Origin: Gemmatimonadales bacterium
GTDB taxonomy: Bacteria; Gemmatimonadota; Gemmatimonadetes; Gemmatimonadales; GWC2-71-9
NCBI GenBank assembly: GCA_036558345.1
Contig: DATBFV010000041.1
Coordinates: 2,289-66,288 of the forward strand
Length of the DNA stretch: 64,000 bases
Reading direction: 5' to 3'
Below, piece after piece: positions 1 through 8,837 of the stretch (position 1 is the stretch's first letter; each line of letters starts with the position of its first letter). Position numbers and translations under genes: made by a program. The notes below the pieces were generated by a model, which was not told where the DNA came from, did no database searches, and saw only the letters and a program-made list of their open reading frames with translations.

Positions 1-334
1 GCGCCGCGGAGCGATCACCCTCGTCCAGCTTTTCGTTCATCTTGGCCAGCGCGGCAGTCGCGCTGTCGCGTTGCGGCTGCGTGGCGACCATGAACGAATC
101 GTACGACTGCGCGTAGCGAGTGGCCTGCGCATCGGAGAGCTCGAGCAGCGTGCGGGCCAGTGCAGTGTCGAGCGGCCCCGTCAGCTCGACGCCTGGCAGT
201 TTGGGAGCCTGTGGCGCATACCGCCCACTCTCCATCATCCCGCGTCCGCCTCCTCCATAGCCCCCCATTTGTGCGGCCGCGATGGGGGCAATGCCTGTTA
301 CGCCAAGAAACACGATTGCGACTGACCATTTCAT
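1..334 (-). CDS. secreted hypothetical protein, N-terminal part (gene runs off the left window edge)
   Basis: A minus-strand ATG at 332-334 opens a frame that stays open to position 1. It is absent from the ORF track because there is no stop in the window. Translation: MKWSVAIVFLGVTGIAPIAAAQMGGYGGGGRGMMESG...LELSDAQATRYAQSY... The N-terminus is hydrophobic and signal-peptide-like, and third codon positions are GC-rich. The listed ORF 15..329 is a different, Arg-rich frame. Confidence 0.55.
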   Translation of the reverse strand, partial: MKWSVAIVFLGVTGIAPIAAAQMGGYGGGGRGMMESGRYAPQAPKLPGVELTGPLDTALARTLLELSDAQATRYAQSYDSFMVATQPQRDSATAALAKMNEKLDEGDRSAA

Positions 335-413
335 ACTGGCTCCTGGACTGAAGCGATTGGCGGGACGGACGACCGTACGTACGACTGATGCGCGCGCTGA
401 ATGTTACGTCGCG

Positions 414-2309
414 CTAGCATTTCTTGGCGAGCATCCGCTGCCGTTCTCCCGCGGTGACCATGTCACGTGCCACTACGTCACGCACTATGCGCGCGACGAA
501 GACATATCCGCGTGCCTCCGCCACCAGCCAGTTGCGCCATTCCAGCTCGTCGAGCGCGGCATGCAAGGCGTCCCCGGTGAGATCCGCGCCACAACCGATC
601 CGCTTGGCCGACACGCGTTCGCCGAGGATGGCTGCCGCGATCAGGGCGTGCTGCGCGGCTCGGGACAGGCATCGAAAGTTCACGCGAATCGCAGCCACGA
701 TCGTGTCGGGAAGATCGCCGGGAAATGTCGAGTCGAGCGTACGCAACGGATGGGGCCACGAGCCGCTCATCGATTCGAGATCGAGGCCCTCGGCCATCGC
801 GCGGCAAATCTCCACAGCGAGCAGCGGCAGCCCGCCCGAGTCCGCCTCGATGCGGCGGGCCAGACGATCGGCGCTGGCGCCGGTGTAGCCAGGCAGCGCC
901 CAGTGAATCAGCTCGACGATCGCGTCGTGTGTCAGTTTGCCGAGCGAGATCGCCGCGCCCACGAGATCACGGCCGATACGCGCTCTGAGCTCAGCAAGCT
1001 TGGGCGGAGCAGGTTCGGGCGTGGTGGCCAGTACAATAAGGATTGCGGCACGCGCGAGATCGCGTGTGAGTTGCTCGATGGTCTGATATGACCCCGGATC
1101 AATCCATTGCGCGTCGTCGAACACCAGCAGCAGCGGCTGCTCGGCGCTAGCCACACGCAGCACCTCGGCGACGGCGGCATCCAGGCTGCCGCCGCCCGCG
1201 ACCTGCTTCTGCGGAAAGCGCTCGGCCCACTCGCTGGCATGCGCAGCCAGCGTTGCAAGCGCTGTGGGATTTGCGCCCGCAACACCCGGCGCATCCACCA
1301 GACCGCCGCGCGCGAGGCTGAGCAGGGCGCCCCCCGAGTGCTCGACGTCAGCCTGCACAGCGCGCATCGCGACGATCACGCCGCCGTCCAGCCCAGCGCG
1401 CGTCGCGAGCTCTTCGATGAATCGCGTCTTGCCGCCGCCGGACTCCGCCTCGAGCACGAGCAGACCCAACCGCCCGGTCCGCACGGTGCGCCACTGCGCC
1501 AGCGCCGTCGTCAGCTCACGCTGCCGTCCCAGCAGCGGCGCACGACGCCACGAAATCCTCGGCTCCGGCGCGAGTGCTTCTCGGGGCAGGTGCCAGGCGC
1601 GGCCGCTGCGCAGCCGCTCGACCAGCGCCTTGGTCTCCGGCTCGATGTTGATTCCACCGTCGCGCTGCGCCGCTGTCAGATATTCGTCGAACAGGCGGAG
1701 CGCACCCGAGCGGTCATTCACGGCAGCAAGGCGTCGCATGGCTGCGCGCAACGCCCGCTGCGATAGCGGGTCGATGTCACGCGCTTTGCGCAGTGGCGCG
1801 TCGGCGTTCTGCTCGTCGCCCGATGCGAGGCATGCCTCGGCATGATTCAGCAGCGCTTCGAGCGAGCGACCGTTCCAATGCGATCGCTCGATGGTCAGCC
1901 AGTCCTCGAATCCGGCGGCATCGGAGATCTTGAAGCCGTCGAGGAACTTGCCGTTGATGAGCGGCAGCGTTGCCGCCCAGTCGCGCTGCTTGACGAGCCG
2001 CTCGAACTGATCGGTATCGAGCTCGACCGCGTTCTCCTCTAGCTGGATGACGTCGCCAGCAGTCGTGAGCCGCTCGTCGCCGACGTAGTGGCGCACCATC
2101 CGAATCGCTTCCCGCACGGACTGGCGGGCTGCGGCGTCGTCCTTGTCCGGCCACAGCAGCCCGATGAGCTGTTCGCGCGTGCAGCGCCGCTTGGGTGCGC
2201 GCGCGAGATAGAGGAGGAGCGCGACGTTCTTTTTCCAGAGCAATTGTGACGGCGCTTCGGCGCCGTCGAGCGTGACTTCGAGCGTTCCGAGCGTCTGCAA
2301 GCGGATCAT
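414..2309 (-). CDS. SARP/BTAD-family transcriptional regulator with AAA/P-loop ATPase domain (AfsR-like)
   Basis: Track ORF 414..2330. The N-terminus MIRLQTLGTLEV..LLWKKNVALLLYLA looks like a winged helix. A BTAD-like helical region follows (DTDQFERL, ALRLFDEYL), then a P-loop (EAESGGGKTRF) and a Walker-B-like LLLVFDDAQW. I prefer the internal ATG at 2309 because it forms an ATGA overlap with the kinase stop at 2306-2308. The alternative start is 2330. Confidence 0.85.
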   Translation of the reverse strand: MIRLQTLGTLEVTLDGAEAPSQLLWKKNVALLLYLARAPKRRCTREQLIGLLWPDKDDAAARQSVREAIRMVRHYVGDERLTTAGDVIQLEENAVELDTDQFERLVKQRDWAATLPLINGKFLDGFKISDAAGFEDWLTIERSHWNGRSLEALLNHAEACLASGDEQNADAPLRKARDIDPLSQRALRAAMRRLAAVNDRSGALRLFDEYLTAAQRDGGINIEPETKALVERLRSGRAWHLPREALAPEPRISWRRAPLLGRQRELTTALAQWRTVRTGRLGLLVLEAESGGGKTRFIEELATRAGLDGGVIVAMRAVQADVEHSGGALLSLARGGLVDAPGVAGANPTALATLAAHASEWAERFPQKQVAGGGSLDAAVAEVLRVASAEQPLLLVFDDAQWIDPGSYQTIEQLTRDLARAAILIVLATTPEPAPPKLAELRARIGRDLVGAAISLGKLTHDAIVELIHWALPGYTGASADRLARRIEADSGGLPLLAVEICRAMAEGLDLESMSGSWPHPLRTLDSTFPGDLPDTIVAAIRVNFRCLSRAAQHALIAAAILGERVSAKRIGCGADLTGDALHAALDELEWRNWLVAEARGYVFVARIVRDVVARDMVTAGERQRMLAKKC

Positions 2310-5065
2310 CGCTCGTTGCGTGTCGTGCACTTCAAGGCGTGTGTACGCGTGCGAGCGAACTCAGCGCGCGCGCCGTACGGCGACGGCGATCCCGACCAGT
2401 GCCGCGCCACGGCAGCGTACGCCGCGCACACGTCACCGCGCTGCGCGGGTTGTCCTTTCGAACGGTCGAGCAGCCGCGCCAACCGCCAGCTCGCCAGCGT
2501 GCCGAATGCCCAATCGATCTCCGCCGCTTGTGGGAGATCGGTCGGCAGGCCCACCAGAGCCAGATGCTCATGCCAAATGAGCTCGGATTTTGCCCCCTGG
2601 AAGTCGCCCAGCTGGGCTCGCCACTTGGCCCGCTGCAAGTGGTAGATGGTTCGGAAAAAGGGATCGACCCCCGTGGCGGCGTCAACAGGAACTTGATCGA
2701 GCAGATAGACTGCGGCACGCTGCCGACCGCTGGCCGCGAGGGAATCGGCCGCGAGGTAGAGCTGCAGTGCGCTTGGCGCGGCGTCGCGGAGTGGCGTCGG
2801 ATGGCCGAGCAGCGTGCTCAGCCAACTCGCGCGATCGCGGAGTGTGGAGTCGGTTCCCGCGCTCGCGATCAACGCGCCGAGTGCATCGAGCACGCCGGCC
2901 GTATGGACGCTGCCGGGATCGACGAAGGCGAGCGCCGCTGGTAATTCGGCGTTGAAGAGTTCGATCTCCTTTTCTGGCGAGACCGCCGTCAGCCGACCCG
3001 CGAGGTCGCGGGTCCTGTCCATTCGTCCCAGCGCGACGTCGCCGAGGATTTCGCCGATCAGGCCGGCGCGTTGCAGCTCATGAGACGGTTGCTTCTCGAG
3101 TATCTCTCCCAAATAGATCGCGCCGCGCGGCGCATCGAAGGTCGGAAGCAGCCGCGGACCGGCGCCGAAATCGGGGTTCGACTGCGTCGCGGTATCGCCC
3201 GCGACCTGGTTGGTGAGTTGCGCCGCCGCCTTCTCGGGGAGGAACCGCCACGCGAAGCCGACGTAGAGCAGCGCGCGCAGCCCACGCGAGAACGGATCCG
3301 GCGCGGTGCTATGGCTCTCCAACGAATGGAGCGCGTTGTCCGCTTCGCTCGAGTCGCCTTCGGCCGTTGCTATCCAGGCGAGGTGTTCCCACGCGGGCCC
3401 ATAGTCGGGCCTGAGCCGCGCGGCGCGCTCGAAGGCAGGGGTGGCTTCCGCGCGCCGGTGCCCCAGCAGCGGCCCGCGATGGAACAGCTCGTCGCCGAGC
3501 TGGAACCATCCCAAAAAGTTGTCGCGAAAACCTTCGGTTACCGCGCGCAGCGTATCGAGCCGCGCGCGCAGCGGTAACGTGGAAGCGAGAATGATATTCC
3601 TGTACGGAGGAGGCAACGAGTCGGCGTGAACCGAAAAGATGCGCACAAGCTTGGGATCGGGTTCTCGACCGAGCCAGCGCGAGACATCGGTAATACGCCA
3701 CGCGCAGATCCAGCAGGTCGAATCGGCTCGCTCGGCCTGGCGATAAGTGCTGTCGGCTCTCTCCCACTGCGTCTCGGCGACGAACTGCTCTCCTTCGGCA
3801 AGACCGATCAGTCCTTGGAACCTGCGCGGTAATGCACTTGCGGGCAGCGATCCCGCCAGCGGACTTCGGATCGCCCAGATGGCGAGGGCGATCTGATAAC
3901 TGATCGAGTCGTGCAACGCTGATGATTGATCGAGGGGGACGTGGAACTCGGAAGGAGGAATTCCACCCGCCAGTCGTACGATCACCTCGCTGCCCGTCAC
4001 CGTCATTCGTGCCTGTACGGAGAGCGCAGCGGAGGCCGAGTCGCTGAAATTGACGTGCGCGCCCAGGTCTGAGCGCACATCGCAGAGCAGAGCGTTCGCT
4101 CGAGCGCTGTATTTTCCCGGTCCTTCGTACTCGATCGGGGGAAACGCCACTGCCGGCGCGCGCAGCCGGGGCTGCGGCACGCCGCACGCGTCCTCGCCGT
4201 GGTGGCGTAACATCCGCAACCCAACGCCAAGAATCACCACCGCTCCCACAATGGCGGCGATGCGTCTGGGCGAAATGGGACGGACGCTGCCTGGCTCCAA
4301 CGCCTGCCGGAAGCTCTTGGCGTCTTTCCAACGCGCGTCGGGATCTGGTTCGACGGCCCGTCGCAACACGGTCGCGAGAGGCTCCGGCACGCCGCTCCAG
4401 TCGACGTGGTCACCTTGTGCGTGGAACGGCCGTCCCGTCACCGCCTCATAGAGCACCACGCCGATCGAGCAAATGTCGGTGCGGGGCGTACTGGCCTTTC
4501 GCTGCACCTGCTCGGGCGCCATATAGTCCGGCGTCCCCTCGCTGCGGTGCGCCTCGTCCTGATCCGTGGCGGGCCGCGCGATGCCGAAATCCCCAAGGAC
4601 CGCGCGATCCGGCATCACGAACACGTTGCTCGGCTTGATGTCGCGATGGACGAGCCCGAGCCGGTGCACCTGCTCGAGGCCCGTGAGCAGGTCGATGCCG
4701 ATCTGCACGACGTCGTCCGCGGGGAGCGGGCCGGACTCGAGACGTTGCTCGAGCGTCGGGCCGCCGATCAGCTCCATGATGTAGAAGTCGAGGCCTTCCC
4801 TTTGGTCGGCCCGGTAGATCAACACGACGTTGGGATGGCGGAGGGTCGCGAGGATCCGAGCCTCGCGGAGAAAACCCTCGCTTGCGCCCGCGGTCCACAG
4901 CTCAGGGCGCAACACCTTGATGGCGACGTCGACGTTGAGCAGGACGTCGTGGGCGAGGAACACGACGCCCATCCCCCCCTCGCCGAGCCTGCGTTCCACC
5001 CGGTAGTCGGGGGCCACCACCCTTTGGAGACGCTCCAGCAGGAGGTCGGGAGGTGACGTCGTCAT
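2306..5065 (-). CDS. membrane Ser/Thr protein kinase with large C-terminal helical (TPR-like) domain
   Basis: 919-aa ORF with Hanks kinase motifs GEGGMGVVF, AIK, HRDIKPSN, DFG and TPDYMAPE. One TM segment (IAAIVGAVVILGVGL) is followed by about 600 aa of helical repeat-like sequence. Confidence 0.9.
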   Translation of the reverse strand: MTTSPPDLLLERLQRVVAPDYRVERRLGEGGMGVVFLAHDVLLNVDVAIKVLRPELWTAGASEGFLREARILATLRHPNVVLIYRADQREGLDFYIMELIGGPTLEQRLESGPLPADDVVQIGIDLLTGLEQVHRLGLVHRDIKPSNVFVMPDRAVLGDFGIARPATDQDEAHRSEGTPDYMAPEQVQRKASTPRTDICSIGVVLYEAVTGRPFHAQGDHVDWSGVPEPLATVLRRAVEPDPDARWKDAKSFRQALEPGSVRPISPRRIAAIVGAVVILGVGLRMLRHHGEDACGVPQPRLRAPAVAFPPIEYEGPGKYSARANALLCDVRSDLGAHVNFSDSASAALSVQARMTVTGSEVIVRLAGGIPPSEFHVPLDQSSALHDSISYQIALAIWAIRSPLAGSLPASALPRRFQGLIGLAEGEQFVAETQWERADSTYRQAERADSTCWICAWRITDVSRWLGREPDPKLVRIFSVHADSLPPPYRNIILASTLPLRARLDTLRAVTEGFRDNFLGWFQLGDELFHRGPLLGHRRAEATPAFERAARLRPDYGPAWEHLAWIATAEGDSSEADNALHSLESHSTAPDPFSRGLRALLYVGFAWRFLPEKAAAQLTNQVAGDTATQSNPDFGAGPRLLPTFDAPRGAIYLGEILEKQPSHELQRAGLIGEILGDVALGRMDRTRDLAGRLTAVSPEKEIELFNAELPAALAFVDPGSVHTAGVLDALGALIASAGTDSTLRDRASWLSTLLGHPTPLRDAAPSALQLYLAADSLAASGRQRAAVYLLDQVPVDAATGVDPFFRTIYHLQRAKWRAQLGDFQGAKSELIWHEHLALVGLPTDLPQAAEIDWAFGTLASWRLARLLDRSKGQPAQRGDVCAAYAAVARHWSGSPSPYGARAEFARTRTHALKCTTRNER

Positions 5066-5106
5066 GCAGCGCAGGAACTTACGGCCTGACGGCTACTTGT
5101 GCTCGC

Positions 5107-5691
5107 TCAGCGCAGGCGCGGTAGCCTGGGTGGCTTGGGGCCGTGACGCACGGCGCCGCGCACGGGCACGCAGTCGAGCTGGACGCCGCTGCGCGCGCAG
5201 CGCAGCAGCAGCCCGCCGCGGCTCATGTCGCCGCGCCCCGCGAACGTCTCGGGGAAGAGCAGGCGGTCGCCGAACACGTCCAGGAGCGGACCGACGTACT
5301 TGTCCGTGGCGACGCTGCCGAGCAGGACGACACGGTCTTCAGCGGCGATGCCCTGGTGGAGCCTGGTCGCGTCGCGAATCAGCGGCTCACGGAACGCGGC
5401 AACGTCTTCGTCGACGGGCACCCGCGCCATTTGTCGCAGGTCTTCGACACGGATGAGTAAATCCGCGGGCAAGAGGCCACGCCCAGGCGCAATGACGTAG
5501 GCGCGTCCGAATGCTGTCGCATACGCAAGTTTTCCGCGGAAATACAGACTGCTCATGAATGTGAAGACTTCGCCGAGCGGTGCGCCGCCATTGGCAAGAC
5601 GGGCCGTCAGTGGGCTGGTCTGACTCTTGAGCAGCATCTGCGCCCGGGTTCCTGAACAACTTGCGGGCGAGAGCAAGAATACCGTCACCAT
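5107..5691 (-). CDS. conserved hypothetical protein (no family recognised)
   Basis: 194-aa ORF with strong GC3 bias. Its start overlaps the xthA stop in a TAATG arrangement at 5691. Conserved-looking blocks are SSLYFRGKLAYA and FAGRGDMSRGGLLLR, but I cannot name a family. Confidence 0.7.
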   Translation of the reverse strand: MVTVFLLSPASCSGTRAQMLLKSQTSPLTARLANGGAPLGEVFTFMSSLYFRGKLAYATAFGRAYVIAPGRGLLPADLLIRVEDLRQMARVPVDEDVAAFREPLIRDATRLHQGIAAEDRVVLLGSVATDKYVGPLLDVFGDRLLFPETFAGRGDMSRGGLLLRCARSGVQLDCVPVRGAVRHGPKPPRLPRLR

Positions 5692-6437
5692 TATGGCGCC
5701 AAAGATAACATCACCGGCGCGTGATCACTGGTGCCGACGTCGCTTTGCACGATGCACCCGGTGGCGCGTGAGGCGAGGGCGGGTGAGGCGAGGAAGTAAT
5801 CGAGCCGCCATCCGATGTTGCGGGCGCGCAGATTCCGCCACGGCGCCCACCAGGTGAAGAGATTGTCGTTGTCAGGCTCGAATTGGCGGCTCATATCCAC
5901 GAGCCGCGTGTCGAGCAGCGATTGGAAGAGGGCGCGCTCCTCGGGCCGTTGTCCAACGGCGTTTGGCTTTCGCTCCTTGGGATGCACATCCATGTCGGCA
6001 CGGGCGATGTTCAGATCGCCGCACACGATCAGTTGTCGTCCCTCAGCCGCCAGCCTGCCTGACCATTCGATGAGACTCTTCACGAAGGCGAGTTTCGCGG
6101 CGTAGTCCTTGCCGCCGTTGGGAACGTAGATCGACGCGATGACGAGATCTCCGTGCTCGACCTGCACGATGCGCGATTCCATATCGAACGGCGGATGGGT
6201 GAAGACGGGATCGACGGCAAACAGGTCCTTGCGGACGTGGATCGATACGCCTGAGTACCCCTTGAGGGGGTGCCAGTAGACGTGATAGTCCGCGACGCGG
6301 CACTCGGCCGGGATCTGGGCCGCGGTCGCCTTGAGCTCTTGCAGGCAGACGATGTCGGGGCGATCGCGCTGCATCCATTCGCTCAGCTGGGCGGCGCGGG
6401 CCCGAATGCCGTTCACGTTCCAGGTCGCGATCTTCAC
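5691..6437 (-). CDS. xthA: exodeoxyribonuclease III (AP endonuclease)
   Basis: MKIATWNVNGIRAR.., DIVCLQELK and a C-terminal GTSDHAPV are typical of the endonuclease/exonuclease/phosphatase family. The 248-aa length fits XthA. Confidence 0.9.
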   Translation of the reverse strand: MKIATWNVNGIRARAAQLSEWMQRDRPDIVCLQELKATAAQIPAECRVADYHVYWHPLKGYSGVSIHVRKDLFAVDPVFTHPPFDMESRIVQVEHGDLVIASIYVPNGGKDYAAKLAFVKSLIEWSGRLAAEGRQLIVCGDLNIARADMDVHPKERKPNAVGQRPEERALFQSLLDTRLVDMSRQFEPDNDNLFTWWAPWRNLRARNIGWRLDYFLASPALASRATGCIVQSDVGTSDHAPVMLSLAP

Positions 6438-6453
6438 GCCGCAATCTAAGGCC

Positions 6454-6482
6454 TTGACGGCGCCGCCGGGCGTCTGTACATT
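6454..6482 (+). promoter_or_regulatory. sigma70-like promoter candidate for the ArsR operon (TTGACG-N17-TACATT)
   Basis: TTGACG at 6454-6459, an exact 17-nt spacer, then TACATT at 6477-6482. The ATG at 6494 is only 11 nt after the -10 box and there is no Shine-Dalgarno sequence. This implies a near-leaderless mRNA. Pattern match only. Confidence 0.35.
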
Positions 6483-6493
6483 ACCACTCAGTT

Positions 6494-6892
6494 ATGAAAC
6501 CATCAAGTTATACTCTCGACGCGACCTTCGCGGCGCTCGCGGACCCGACGCGCCGGGCGATCCTCGCCCGGCTGGCCGACGGCGCAGCGACCGTCACGGA
6601 GTTGGGGGCGCCGTTCGACATGAGCCAGCCGGCTATTTCCAAGCATCTCAAGGTGCTGGAGCGCGCCGGTCTCATCTCACGCGGTCGCGATGCCCAGCGC
6701 CGCCCGCGCAAGCTCGAGCCGCGGCCGCTCGCCGAAGCCACCGAGTGGATCGAGCGCTACCGCAAGATCTGGGAAGCGAATTACAAGCGACTGGATGCGG
6801 TGCTGGAAGAATTGAAAGGCAAGCAAAAGAGGGCGGTGGATATGCTGCTCGACGACGTCAAATCCAGGCCGAAGAAAAGGAAACCAAAATGA
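6494..6892 (+). CDS. ArsR/SmtB-family transcriptional regulator
   Basis: FAALADPTRRAILARLADG..TVTEL..MSQPAISKHLKVLERAGLI is the canonical ArsR winged helix-turn-helix. Confidence 0.9.
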   Translation: MKPSSYTLDATFAALADPTRRAILARLADGAATVTELGAPFDMSQPAISKHLKVLERAGLISRGRDAQRRPRKLEPRPLAEATEWIERYRKIWEANYKRLDAVLEELKGKQKRAVDMLLDDVKSRPKKRKPK

Positions 6893-7380
6893 CCAAGACC
6901 GCTCCGCTTCAGGTCACGACACCGAGCGAACGGGAAGTACTCGTGTCGCGCGTCTTCGCGGCGCCGCGGGGTATGCTGTTCGACGCCCACACCAAGCCCG
7001 ACCTGGTCCGGCGTTGGCTACTCGGACCGCCAGGTTGGACGATGCCGGTCTGCGAAATCGACCTCCGGATTGGTGGCAAGTATCGCTACGTCTGGCGGCA
7101 CGACGCGAGCGGCCAGCAGATGGGCGTGGGTGGGACGTTCAAGGAAGTCGCGCGGCCCTCGCGTATCGTGATCACGCAACTGTTCGACGAGGACTGGACC
7201 GGCGGCGAGACGATTGTCGTCACGGAGTTCGCCGAGCAGCAGGGCAAGACGACGGTCACGACCAAGGTTCAATACGCTTCACGGGAAGCCCGGGATGCCG
7301 CGCTCAAGACGGGCATGACGACCGGGATGGAAGCCGGTTACGAACGGCTGGAAAGCCTGCTCACAGAGGAGAAACGATAA
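6889..7380 (+). CDS. SRPBCC / Aha1-like (activator of Hsp90 ATPase homologue 1-like) domain protein
   Basis: The in-frame ATG at 6889 forms an ATGA overlap with the ArsR stop. MTKTAPLQVTTPSEREVLVSRVFAAPRGMLFDAHTKPDLVRRW..GGKYRYVW.. is typical of AHSA1/SRPBCC proteins that follow ArsR genes. The longer track ORF 6331..7380 overlaps xthA and arsR and is rejected. Confidence 0.85.
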   Translation: MTKTAPLQVTTPSEREVLVSRVFAAPRGMLFDAHTKPDLVRRWLLGPPGWTMPVCEIDLRIGGKYRYVWRHDASGQQMGVGGTFKEVARPSRIVITQLFDEDWTGGETIVVTEFAEQQGKTTVTTKVQYASREARDAALKTGMTTGMEAGYERLESLLTEEKR

Positions 7381-7848
7381 TGGCCACTCAGAAAATCACG
7401 CCCTTCCTTTGGTTCGATACTCAGGCCGAGCAAGCGGCGGAGTTCTACACCTCGATCTTCAAGAACTCGAAGATCCTCGAGACCGCGCCGGGACCTGACG
7501 GATCGGTGATGGTCGTCAAATTCCAGATCGCCGGTATGGAAGTCACGGCGTTGAATGGTGGTCCACGCTTCAAGTTCAGCGAGGCCTTCTCGTTCGTGGT
7601 GAGCTGCGACAATCAGGAAGAAATCGACGAGTACTGGAGCAAGCTCACCGCCGGGGGCGGCCAGGAGAGCATGTGCGGCTGGCTCAAGGACAAGTTCGGC
7701 TTCTCGTGGCAGATCGTTCCCAGGCAGATGGGGAAGCTGATGGGTCAGCAGGACCCGCAAAAAGCAGGTCGCGTGATGCAGGCGCTACTGCAGATGAGAA
7801 AACTCGATATCGCGAAGCTCGAGCAGGCTGCCGAAGACGAAGTGCCGG

Positions 7849-7859
<11 letters not shown>
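7380..7859 (+). CDS. VOC-superfamily protein (PhnB / 3-demethylubiquinone-9 3-methyltransferase-like domain)
   Basis: The ATG at 7380 overlaps the upstream TAA (TAATG). [45 protein letters not shown] is the characteristic signature of this family. Confidence 0.85.
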
Positions 7860-8826
<967 letters not shown>

Positions 8827-8837
8827 CGCTCTACCTT

